From a virus (taxonomy: Duplodnaviria; Caudoviricetes), in the IMG/VR virus record IMGVR_UViG_3300031813_000004, positions 86,157-150,156 of that record: a stretch of DNA of 64,000 nt; one strand, given 5' to 3'. Below the pieces are notes generated by a model. The model saw only the letters and a program-made list of their open reading frames with translations, was not told where the DNA came from and did no database searches. Shown piece after piece: positions 48,580 to 57,062 of this stretch (its first letter is position 1; each line of letters opens with the position of its first letter). The position numbers were made by a program, and so were the translations under genes.

Positions 48580-48846
48580 TTAACCTTTATATGATCTAAC
48601 AATACCTCTTTCCTTTTTGTTATTTCCAAAAGATTCAAAACCACCTATACCAGCTGCTGAAGATACCCCAACTCCACCACTTATTTGCTCTTCTATTTCA
48701 TCATCTTCATCTAAGCAATTACAATGACTACAAGGTTTTTTACAATTACATTCTTTTTTAATTTTACATGTACATTTAGTATGTCCACAAACTGAACATT
48801 CACTTAGATATTGAAGGTAATCTTCGAGTATATTTTTTTTGGCCAT
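48580..48846 (-). CDS. Metallothionein-like Cys-rich small protein with YLQYLSE leader
   Basis: CSVCGHTKCTC...CNCKKPCSHCNC. Confidence 0.55.
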   Translation of the reverse strand: MAKKNILEDYLQYLSECSVCGHTKCTCKIKKECNCKKPCSHCNCLDEDDEIEEQISGGVGVSSAAGIGGFESFGNNKKERGIVRSYKG

Positions 48847-48861
48847 TTTATATAATATCTC

Positions 48862-49233
48862 CTATAATATTCCTTTCTCTATTAATAACTCTCTAACTTT
48901 ACCCCAATCTACAAATGGTCTTTCACCAGTTAATCCTTTACATAATGGAATTCCTAAACCAATGTCATCAATTAATAATTTACAATATAATTTAGGGCTA
49001 GTATTCCATGTCTTTTGCATAGGATTTTTATTAATACCATATAAAGGAATTTTATTATTTTCAAACCATTCTACAGCTTCTTCTAATTCTCTACCTTGTC
49101 TTATTGTCCATAATATTAATAAATGTTCTTTATCAACTAATTCTTTTAATACTGGTATTGCTCCAATATCTCTTCCTATTTCTGGATATTCATGTACACA
49201 ACAAGTTCCATCAAAGTCAATTCCTATAATCAT
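48862..49233 (-). CDS. HAD-superfamily phosphatase (BT0820-like)
   Basis: IGIDFDGT, ILWT.R, SPK.Y...IDD. Confidence 0.85.
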   Translation of the reverse strand: MIIGIDFDGTCCVHEYPEIGRDIGAIPVLKELVDKEHLLILWTIRQGRELEEAVEWFENNKIPLYGINKNPMQKTWNTSPKLYCKLLIDDIGLGIPLCKGLTGERPFVDWGKVRELLIEKGIL

Positions 49234-49234
49234 T

Positions 49235-49516
49235 TTATTTATCCTTTTTTGTAATGTATTCTAAATATAATTCAATTGATTCATGTTTCCATTGTGGTTT
49301 AACTTTAGGAGGAAGTGGTGATTGATGATTAAATCCTCTTCTTATCATTTCATCACTAAGAATTTTATGCCACATAATTATTCTTTTTTCAAACTCTTTA
49401 TTATTATGTTTCAAAGCCAATGTATAAAGTTGATGACAACGATGATGCATTGAGATAATATCTGAGTTTTCATTATTTCTTACATCACTAGGATAATGAA
49501 TATCTGACAACTCCAT
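49235..49516 (-). CDS. Hypothetical protein
   Basis: H.RCHQLY...WH.IL..EM.RRG.NH.SPL. Confidence 0.6.
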   Translation of the reverse strand: MELSDIHYPSDVRNNENSDIISMHHRCHQLYTLALKHNNKEFEKRIIMWHKILSDEMIRRGFNHQSPLPPKVKPQWKHESIELYLEYITKKDK

Positions 49517-49563
49517 TGATTATTCTCCTAATACTAACTCCAAATTTGACTTATACTAGTACT

Positions 49564-50094
49564 TTATATATGTAGGTATATCCTAATATTAAATCCACAA
49601 TGTTTATAAAATTCAGTACAACTAATCCCATATTTAGGTTTATCATAATATTTATATTTAAAAGTTCTAGATGAATTATCTAATTCCATATTATGTTTAA
49701 TTTTGTTTATAGCATCTATATCATTTTTGAATGGACCATGAATTCCTCTAAGTTTATAATAAGAATTCTCAAAATAAAAAATTGAATCTTTATCATTATA
49801 TAATAAGAATGTATGAGAAGATTTATCATGTTGTATACAAAAAATAGTTCTATATTCAATATTCCAAGATTCAAAATAAATTCTTTAAAATTCAACTTGA
49901 CCCCAACATACACCTATTTTATTCTTATAAACTTGTATAGGATTTTGTAAGATATATTTATTATAAAACTCTTTATTCATATCATCATTGAATACAACAT
50001 TTTTTCTTATTTTATTATCTAGTCCTAACCATCCATAATCTATATTCTTAGACATATAATCTAATAATAATTCCGGAGTCTTTATTTTTATCAT
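49564..50094 (-). pseudogene. Transglutaminase/papain-fold-like protein interrupted by in-frame TAA (49885-49887)
   Basis: ...GVCWGQVEF*RIYFE...SHTFLLY...FYFENSY..LRGIHGPF...YGISCTEFYKHC: frame continues about 106 codons past the stop. Confidence 0.75.
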
Positions 50095-50098
50095 AGTA

Positions 50099-50971
50099 TT
50101 AATTCCATAATTTCTTTTGAAGTCTATTTATTTTATCTTGTATTTTTTGTCTACATAATTGAGGTTTACTAGATTTATTACATTGATTTATACCATTTCT
50201 TAAATTATTTATTTGAGCTTGTATTGCATCCTTTTTAAATTTCTCCATACATTGATCTTTATCATAACCTTTTTTACCTTTACAATATTGAGCAGCTTTA
50301 GTGAAATATGCTTTATATATTCTATATGCTGCATATAATATAGCAGCTACAGCAATAGTGATAGCTACACCTTTAGCTATTTTTTTACTAGCATTTTTTA
50401 AATCTTGTCTATTCTGAGCTGTTTTAGCATTAACCTGATCATCCCATTCAGCATCATTTTGTTTAACTGCTTTTTCTATCTCTTCACGATCTTTTTTAAA
50501 TCTAGCTGTTATATCAGCTTCTCTCTTTAAACGATCTTCTTCAAATTTTCCTATAGCTTCTATTTCTCTTTTATATTGATCTCTAACTTTTTCTATCTCT
50601 TCACGATCTTTTTTAAATCTAGCTGTTATATCAGCTTCTCTCTTTAAACGATCTTCTTCAAATTTTCCTATAGCTTCTATTTCTCTTTTATATTGATCTC
50701 TAACTTTTTCTGCTTTATCATAATCAGTTAATTTTTTAGATAGACTATCATCTAACTCATCCTCATACACCATTACCTTCTTATCAGAGATATTAAGATT
50801 AGATTCAAAGAATAATGATATAGTTTGTTTATATGTTAAACTCTTTATCCATTCTCTGAATATTTTTCTTTCATCTCTAGATACATTTTCTTTAAGATAA
50901 TTATTGTTATATGATTCATCTATTAATTGTTGTTTAAGTGTTATTTCTAGATCTCTTTTATTTAATTCCAT
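50099..50971 (-). CDS. Hydrophobic-helix + 4-Cys late protein family member, type B
   Basis: Paralog of 1..506; CKGKKGYDKDQC...CNKSSKPQLC. Confidence 0.85.
   Translation of the reverse strand: MELNKRDLEITLKQQLIDESYNNNYLKENVSRDERKIFREWIKSLTYKQTISLFFESNLNISDKKVMVYEDELDDSLSKKLTDYDKAEKVRDQYKREIEAIGKFEEDRLKREADITARFKKDREEIEKVRDQYKREIEAIGKFEEDRLKREADITARFKKDREEIEKAVKQNDAEWDDQVNAKTAQNRQDLKNASKKIAKGVAITIAVAAILYAAYRIYKAYFTKAAQYCKGKKGYDKDQCMEKFKKDAIQAQINNLRNGINQCNKSSKPQLCRQKIQDKINRLQKKLWN
50470..50711. repeat. Perfect 117-bp in-frame tandem duplication
   Basis: Units start at 50470 and 50587; encodes a 39-aa unit twice. Confidence 0.9.
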
Positions 50972-50991
50972 TTGTAAGTCTCCAATATAAA

Positions 50992-51687
50992 TTATTTCAT
51001 TGATTGAGCTTTTTTAAGTTGTTTAATATATTTTAATCTTTTTCCTTCGTATTGTTTTATAAATGATGCAATATGTTTTGTACATTTTTCAGGTTTCTTT
51101 GTACTATGACATTTTGGGCCTTCTGACTGTAAATATCTTATAACTTCATTAATAGAATTTATATTACATTGAGCTAAACACATTTTTTTAGATTTCTTTG
51201 TTCTAATTTGATTATTTTCAAGTGTTCTACATTTAATAACACATGGTTTACGATCTTTTCTATATTTATAAACCAATGCTAAACTAACTATTCTTACAAT
51301 TTGTGTTCCTGCTAAACCACCTATCATTATTCCAGGACCCATCCCAACTCCACCAAAATGAGCTCCAATTGCGCCACCAGTTAATGCACCACTAACTCCA
51401 CCTACTAATCCACCTAAATAAAATGCTGCTCCATATTGTATTATTTTTTGTATATGATCTGATATTAATTTTTGTTTTAATTCTTGTGCATATTGTTCAT
51501 TTATATTAATGAATTTATTATCAAAATATAAAGACATAGATTGTTCATATGTTAAAGATTTAATCCATTCTTTGAATTTTAACCTTTCTTGTAATGAAAC
51601 ACTTTAATTTAAATACTGATTTTTATTAGCATCTTGAATCATTATTTGTTTTATAGATAATTCAAGAATATTTTTGTCTAGTTCCAT
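50992..51687 (-). pseudogene. Type B family member with in-frame TAA (51604-51606); downstream ATG 51537 could give a truncated product
   Basis: MELDKNILELSIKQ...QYLN*SVSLQERLKFKEWIKSLTYEQSMSLYF aligns with MELNKRDLEITLKQ...NYLKENVSRDERKIFREWIKSLTYKQTISLFF; glycine-zipper hydrophobic segment; Cys tail. Confidence 0.8.
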
Positions 51688-51703
51688 TATATGTGATCTC
51701 CAA

Positions 51704-52459
51704 TTATAATATTTTTGAAATTACCCAAAAATCTGCTGCAAGATCTGGATTCGTTAAATATGCAAAAGGTATTTTTGAATATCCAGCCATTCCCCAATTA
51801 GGACCCCATGAATTTCTAGAGATAAACATTTGTGATAGAGTGTCATAACCCACGATAAGTTGTGAGTGACCTCCTAAACAATTTTCATTTAAACTGGGCA
51901 TTTGAACAATACCAGTTTGTGCAGTATAGTCACCTTCAAATGAATCATATACAGTAATTCCACACACAACTGGATAACCTTGAGCTAAAGCTGACATTAT
52001 ATTATTAGCATTTGTATTATCAATATTTTGATATGATATTGCAATAAAATTAGTTCCATCTGCATAACATTCTAAAGATGGTTGTTGAGTGAATACATCT
52101 ACATTATAAGGCCATAGATTTTCATGACAACAACCGTATTTTGAAATAGCATTAATACCATCTCTTATTGTTGAACCATTATCTGAATCAACTGAATTTT
52201 CAATTAATCTTTCATTATAATATATAAACAATCTTGAAGGGGTAATATATTTACCATCTTGTTTAACTATATCGTAATCAATAGCTGCTGCAATAGCTTG
52301 AGCAGAACATGACCCTAAGGACCCCTGATCATATACTGGTGGCATATAAAAACGTAAATCAACTGAATCTGGAAGTTTAACAGGTGCAACCAATCTAGTA
52401 AATTTATGATCTCTAAAGTCTGGGAGTGAAGGACGCCATCCATATTTTCTAATTGTCAT
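51704..52459 (-). CDS. Papain-family (C1A) cysteine peptidase
   Basis: DQGSLGSC, SRLFIYYNER, GGH...VGY, RNSWG..WG..GY. Confidence 0.92.
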   Translation of the reverse strand: MTIRKYGWRPSLPDFRDHKFTRLVAPVKLPDSVDLRFYMPPVYDQGSLGSCSAQAIAAAIDYDIVKQDGKYITPSRLFIYYNERLIENSVDSDNGSTIRDGINAISKYGCCHENLWPYNVDVFTQQPSLECYADGTNFIAISYQNIDNTNANNIMSALAQGYPVVCGITVYDSFEGDYTAQTGIVQMPSLNENCLGGHSQLIVGYDTLSQMFISRNSWGPNWGMAGYSKIPFAYLTNPDLAADFWVISKIL

Positions 52460-52471
52460 TTTAAATCTCCT

Positions 52472-52720
52472 TTATATACACTCTGTCCATATACCTTTTA
52501 TTAAATATCCATGCCATCTTTCATTACTATATTGAATTAATATAGATGGACTTACAGTTATTGTACCATCTTCATGTTCTATAATATCATGTCTTAATAA
52601 CGATCCAGTATAAAATTTGAAGGGTCTACATAACCATACTCCACTAATACCCTGTCCATATTCACCTTCTTTTAACAATAATTCATTGTCTTCATTTAGA
52701 TATACCCTTGTACCTTTCAT
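52472..52720 (-). CDS. DUF6527-like protein
   Basis: EHEDGTITVSPSIL....WHGYL..G.W. Confidence 0.6.
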   Translation of the reverse strand: MKGTRVYLNEDNELLLKEGEYGQGISGVWLCRPFKFYTGSLLRHDIIEHEDGTITVSPSILIQYSNERWHGYLIKGIWTECI

Positions 52721-52740
52721 ACAAATAACTCCTTTATGAA

Positions 52741-52875
52741 AAATCTATTCGATTTTATTCGTTTTTATATAGGGTTATTATAGACATAAAAATTAGTTCT
52801 AAGATGTCTTAACTTAAATATTTATAAAACGAATAAAATAATTCTATGAAACCCTATAGGAAATGACATAGAATT
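52741..52875. repeat. Dispersed element copies B (+) and C (-)
   Basis: B: AAATCTATTCG..TTATTCG TTTTT ATATAGGG TTATTATAGA; C reverse complement: AATTCTATGTC ATTTC CTATAGGG TTTCATAGAAT. Confidence 0.75.
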
Positions 52876-52912
52876 ATCAATTATTACCATTATAGATCGG
52901 TTCTATCTCAAT

Positions 52913-53254
52913 CTATTTCTTAACCGAATCAGTAGAAAAATTATAAATAATTTTAGCGTTGGTATAAGCAAGAGAATAATTAGCATCGAATTCTGCTCCC
53001 ACATCTAACTTTAAATTTGGGTATATTTCAGTCTCTACACCCATTTTATGATTGACAACATTTTTACCATATTCAAATTGTATATCTGAATAAGGGTTGA
53101 ATATACCAATCTTTTGATTTAAATGTAAATCACTTACAAATGTATTATCACCATTAACAGTTCTTTCATGACTTGTTGAGATAGATCCCTCAATAGCCAT
53201 AGCTGAAGTTGAATAGAATGATATTAAGATAAAGGTTAAGATAATCTTTTTCAT
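52913..53254 (-). CDS. Secreted beta-strand-rich protein (outer-membrane-like)
   Basis: Signal peptide ending AMA; alternating beta strands; IIYNF near C-terminus. Confidence 0.5.
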   Translation of the reverse strand: MKKIILTFILISFYSTSAMAIEGSISTSHERTVNGDNTFVSDLHLNQKIGIFNPYSDIQFEYGKNVVNHKMGVETEIYPNLKLDVGAEFDANYSLAYTNAKIIYNFSTDSVKK

Positions 53255-53457
53255 TGTTTACAATCCTCAGTTTCAACATAATCCTTTTGTAATGATTGTT
53301 CCAAACATCTTAAAATATGAGCCTCATTTTTCCAATCTTTAAATATATGTTCAGATGAATAAACATCAAATTGATTATCATGTTTAGGTTTATCATGATG
53401 AACACAACCCATTAATGATATTAAAATAAATGTTATTAGAACCTTTCTCATATACAT
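53251..53457 (-). CDS. Small lipoprotein
   Basis: Lipobox LMGC. Confidence 0.6.
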   Translation of the reverse strand: MYMRKVLITFILISLMGCVHHDKPKHDNQFDVYSSEHIFKDWKNEAHILRCLEQSLQKDYVETEDCKQ

Positions 53458-53471
53458 ATCTCCATAATTTT

Positions 53472-53597
53472 AAATCTATTAAACCCTATAGGTTTTCGTA
53501 TAAAATATAAATATCCTTTCTTAAGACATTATTAAGCATTATGTAAGATATTTATTGTGTAAATCTATACGTTTTTCTATAGGGTTATAATAGAATT
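53472..53597. repeat. Dispersed element copies D (-) and E (+)
   Basis: D reverse complement: ATTTTATACG AAAAC CTATAGGG TTTAATAGATTT; E: AAATCTATACG TTTTT CTATAGGG TTATAATAGAATT. Confidence 0.8.
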
Positions 53598-53628
53598 ATT
53601 TTTTGTTTAGTTAATATGAATTGAAAAT

Positions 53629-54114
53629 TTATATGTAAAATAATGCGGTTGGTGGTTTTTTAACATTTTTAATTTGTTTGGTTAATACTAAAATTCTATT
53701 TTGTATTTTTTGTTTACATGATTGAGGATTAATATCATTACGGCATTTACCAATCGAATTCTTTAAAAATATAGCTTCTGCTTTAAGTGCATCAATTCTA
53801 AACTTCTTTCTACATTCTTTTCCTTCTCTTCCACTCATGCCTCCACAAGCTTTACCAGCTTTAGAATAACGATTTTTGAATATTGTCCCCATTGCATATC
53901 CAATTAAACCACCTGCAATCATAACTCCAGCTTCTAGAGCAGTGGTTTCATCTAATAAATTCAAATATTCACTAACTGTATCACAAGTTTGAGGATTATC
54001 AACTCTAATTCTTTCTCTAGGTTCAACAATCTTTCCTCTCATAATGTCTTTAATATTGTTTAATTCAAACTCAATTTGTTCAATATCTGTAGCTTCTTTA
54101 AGAATCAATTTCAT
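53629..54114 (-). CDS. Short member of hydrophobic-helix + 4-Cys family
   Basis: YSKAGKACGGMSGREGKEC..KF...CRNDINPQSCKQKIQ. Confidence 0.8.
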   Translation of the reverse strand: MKLILKEATDIEQIEFELNNIKDIMRGKIVEPRERIRVDNPQTCDTVSEYLNLLDETTALEAGVMIAGGLIGYAMGTIFKNRYSKAGKACGGMSGREGKECRKKFRIDALKAEAIFLKNSIGKCRNDINPQSCKQKIQNRILVLTKQIKNVKKPPTALFYI

Positions 54115-54138
54115 TTTATTTAATCTCCCTTTATAAGT

Positions 54139-54285
54139 TTATTGTTTATTACAACCCTCGCATTCCTTGCTCTTTTTACAATGTCCATATTGGTTTAAAA
54201 TAGGACATGATAATCTTGAACCTTTTTCTTTTTCTTTTTTTGGATACAATGGAGTCCTATCTTCTTTAATTGGAATCTCCCACAT
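54139..54285 (-). CDS. Small basic Cys-rich protein
   Basis: Manual translation MWEIPIKEDRTP...SCPILNQYGHCKKSKECEGCNKQ; RBS AAGGAG. Confidence 0.5.
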   Translation of the reverse strand: MWEIPIKEDRTPLYPKKEKEKGSRLSCPILNQYGHCKKSKECEGCNKQ

Positions 54286-54302
54286 AAATTACTCCTTTTA
54301 TT

Positions 54303-54313
54303 ATTTTGTTCTT
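54303..54313 (-). promoter_or_regulatory. Putative late promoter motif AAGAACAAAAT
   Basis: Just upstream of RBS, downstream of a hairpin. Confidence 0.5.
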
Positions 54314-54320
54314 ACGGAAG

Positions 54321-54369
54321 AATGAGGACCAATGATTTTATTATAATATTATTCATTAGTCCTCATTTT
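54321..54369. terminator. Stem-loop / terminator
   Basis: AATGAGGAC.AATGA / TCATT.GTCCTCATT. Confidence 0.55.
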
Positions 54370-54405
54370 TATTTATAGCAACGATCTAAAAAGTTCTTTT
54401 TAAAT

Positions 54406-54582
54406 AAATCTATTCGATTTCCTATAGGGATATAGAATTATTTTTATACCTTTGTTATCCCTCAAAAGGTTTTGTAAATTATTTTCTTAAATGTAATCTT
54501 AGTAACTTATTTAATCTATAGATCCTTGCTAGAGTTGTGATAACAGTAATCTATACGATATTCTATAGGGTTTTAATAGAAT
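54406..54582 (+). repeat. Dispersed element copies F and G
   Basis: F: AAATCTATTCG ATTTC CTATAGGG ATATAGAATT; G (54548): AATCTATACG ATATT CTATAGGG TTTTAATAGAAT. Confidence 0.8.
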
Positions 54583-54605
54583 ATATAATATCTACCATAA
54601 CAGTA

Positions 54606-54780
54606 ACTATTACCACTATGAATCCATCTAAATGCCTATCATTACCACTATCATTACCACTATGAATCCATCTAAATGCCTATGAATTCTTATTAAATGC
54701 TATCATCACCACTATGAATCCATCTATAATAACTTATTATCTATCATTACACTTATGATAATCTCTATGAATCCATCTAC
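54606..54780. repeat. Iteron-like degenerate tandem repeat tract
   Basis: CTATGAATCCATCTA at 54616, 54660, 54712, 54765 plus ACCACTAT(C/G)A subunits. Confidence 0.85.
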
Positions 54781-54788
54781 AAAATTTA

Positions 54789-55103
54789 TTATTTATCTTC
54801 ACCTTCCTTTACTGTTGAACCCTTCTCATTAGTGTCTTTGTCATGACTTGGTTCTATATTTCCTACACTTTTAACTGGGCTATCATCAACTACATTAGTA
54901 TTAACAACTCCTTTATTATCATTTTGAACCAATGCAGCTAGTGAAGGGACTGACAATATGGTTAAAAATACAGCATGTAATGAATAAAAATATTGCTTTA
55001 CTTCTGGGTCTTTGGGAACGATGCTTAACCCACATGACATGGCTATAAACTCACCAATAAACAAACTTAATAAACCGAATTGAATTACTTTTGACTCACT
55101 CAT
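54789..55103 (-). CDS. Two-TM membrane protein, holin candidate
   Basis: Two hydrophobic helices, charged C-tail, downstream of lysin. Confidence 0.4.
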   Translation of the reverse strand: MSESKVIQFGLLSLFIGEFIAMSCGLSIVPKDPEVKQYFYSLHAVFLTILSVPSLAALVQNDNKGVVNTNVVDDSPVKSVGNIEPSHDKDTNEKGSTVKEGEDK

Positions 55104-55185
55104 ATAAATATCTCCTACTTAATCTATTATATTTATTACTTGATTATATTTTTCTTATTACTTTATCTATTATATTTTTTTAATC

Positions 55186-55365
55186 TTAAGCTTTGGGTGT
55201 TATTTGTTTTAATGACGCTGTTAATGCGTCTAATTGTTTTAACTTATCTTCAATTGTTAAACTACTTGAATTGAATGAAGTGACTAAGTTATTAATTAAG
55301 GTTGCAGTTGTTGGTTCTAATGTTGCAACTAAATTGATAATAGCTATAATTTCTTCTGGTGTCAT
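55186..55365 (-). CDS. Small helical protein
   Basis: Manual translation MTPEEIIAIINLVATLEP...KQITPKA; RBS GGAGG. Confidence 0.6.
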   Translation of the reverse strand: MTPEEIIAIINLVATLEPTTATLINNLVTSFNSSSLTIEDKLKQLDALTASLKQITPKA

Positions 55366-55369
55366 TTTA

Positions 55370-55801
55370 TTATTTCCTCCCTGAACTTACTGTTCCAATG
55401 GGTTGACCATTGAAAGCCATTACTAAATTGTCTAACATTGTTTTATCACTTAAAAATGTAGTTATAGCATTTGTATAATTTACAACTGTACTTGGGTCTT
55501 GACCTGCATTGATAGCATCTTTCAATGCTGCTTCAGCTAAATTATAAGCTCCTAATGCTTGATTATAAATAGTAGTTATATTATTATAATCACTTTTAGT
55601 TATTTTACCTGCATTGTATAAAGCATCTACAATACCAGGTGTTGCTTGTAATGCAGTACCTATTGCATACAAGGTTTGTGTTGCTGCATTTTCTGAATCG
55701 GTAATAGCTGTTGAAGTGCCTGGTGTTGTACTAATACCTGCACAACCATTAATTGTAAATAAACTAGCTACTAACATTGTAATACATAATAATCTTTTCA
55801 T
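55370..55801 (-). CDS. Helical lipoprotein (spanin candidate)
   Basis: Lipobox INGC; lysis-region context. Confidence 0.55.
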   Translation of the reverse strand: MKRLLCITMLVASLFTINGCAGISTTPGTSTAITDSENAATQTLYAIGTALQATPGIVDALYNAGKITKSDYNNITTIYNQALGAYNLAEAALKDAINAGQDPSTVVNYTNAITTFLSDKTMLDNLVMAFNGQPIGTVSSGRK

Positions 55802-55833
55802 TTTCTTTTTATTCTCCTTTTTAATTTAATATC

Positions 55834-56049
55834 CTATAAATTAGGACATCTCTGTTTAAATTCTTTTAAATCATTATTAGTTAAACAAGTTGGTTTATTA
55901 TTTGGATAGGGTATACTATACCCACTAACACAATTATTATCTTTAATTAAATAATCTTGTAATCCTTTACATTCATTTGGTACATTAGGTACACAACTTT
56001 GTATTGATAATCCTATAATAATTAACATTATCTTAATTGTAATATTCAT
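55834..56049 (-). CDS. Small Cys-containing lipoprotein
   Basis: MNITIKIMLIIIGLSIQSC lipobox. Confidence 0.55.
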   Translation of the reverse strand: MNITIKIMLIIIGLSIQSCVPNVPNECKGLQDYLIKDNNCVSGYSIPYPNNKPTCLTNNDLKEFKQRCPNL

Positions 56050-56051
56050 AT

Positions 56052-56552
56052 CTATGATACCTCTTGAAATCTTAATGTTTGCCATATAGGTAATTCTTTA
56101 TTTAATATTTCATAAGCTTCATGAGGACTAATTTGCTGAGGTATAAATCCCATAAAAAGTCCAATGGACTGGCATATATACACACATAATTGACTACATA
56201 TCCAATCATTAGGAGTATTGAATGATAAAGGTATGGGTAAGAAATCTAATATAATATGATTAATACCATAAACAGGTTTATCTTTATCTAAACCTTTAGT
56301 TATCATTTCAGCTAAGCTTCTAACTATTTTTTCATCATCTACAGTTGTTGGTATATCTATTATATCCCATTTATTAATATCAGTATCAAATAAATTATTT
56401 AATGTTGTAAATCTAGGGCCTAAATCATTAGTTGATGAATAGAATAATTGATCACTGAATTGTATTTCCATATGGCAATGAGGTCCTGTAGCCGCTTCAA
56501 TTGCAACTTCCCAAGCCTGATCTGATGCCTTTAAAAACCATACTTTAATCAT
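56052..56552 (-). CDS. Permuted papain-like (NlpC/P60-type) amidase-like protein
   Basis: N-terminal HCH.E.QF.D...YSS and C-terminal W.CSQL. Confidence 0.65.
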   Translation of the reverse strand: MIKVWFLKASDQAWEVAIEAATGPHCHMEIQFSDQLFYSSTNDLGPRFTTLNNLFDTDINKWDIIDIPTTVDDEKIVRSLAEMITKGLDKDKPVYGINHIILDFLPIPLSFNTPNDWICSQLCVYICQSIGLFMGFIPQQISPHEAYEILNKELPIWQTLRFQEVS

Positions 56553-56576
56553 CTTATTTTTATCTCCATATATTAA

Positions 56577-57003
56577 CTAATTAAGCTTTAATATCTTATT
56601 TTTCTTCCTTGTTTCTAGTCGTTTTCGTTGTATTTCTTTTTTCTCTTCTTCTGGTGATCTATTAATTTGAGTGACTGATATTTTTACCCTAGTTTCTTCT
56701 GATACTGGAATTTTATTAAGATTTTCTTTCAACCAAGCATATTTCTTACTTCCATATATTTTAAAATTAGACATCATAAATGCTGCAATACATAAACTTC
56801 TATTTCCTCTATGAATTTTAGCTAATAATTGATGAACTATAAAATGTTCTCTAGCTGTTAAATTTATTAAATTAGATTTTGAATTATTACCATCCAAACA
56901 CCTTGGAATAATATGATGTTTTTTCTACATAGCAGTTAGATTTACTTATAACATGAATTCTACGATATTCAATTAATTGATCATATATTCTTTGGTAATT
57001 CAT
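56577..57003 (-). pseudogene. HNH homing endonuclease with +1 frameshift
   Basis: MNYQRIYDQLIE...YVEK / HHIIPRCLDG...NLINLTAREHFIVHQLL; extra A in run at 56919-56924; NUMOD3-like SEETRVKIS. Confidence 0.8.
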
Positions 57004-57062
57004 TTTAAAGATTCCTTTTTATTTATTATCATTAGCTTTTAAGAACCATGCTTTCATTTTAT

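Noticed and set aside
48541-54582. Dispersed element resembles the T7 promoter (ATACG-N5-CTATAGGG), suggesting vector contamination or T7-type promoters
   Set aside because: The N5 positions that carry T7 specificity (ACTCA) are variable, five of seven copies face antisense to local genes, and there is no vector context; likely coincidental
52741-54780. CRISPR mini-array
   Set aside because: Repeats are degenerate, in mixed orientation and irregularly spaced; the tandem tract has no unique spacers; no cas genes
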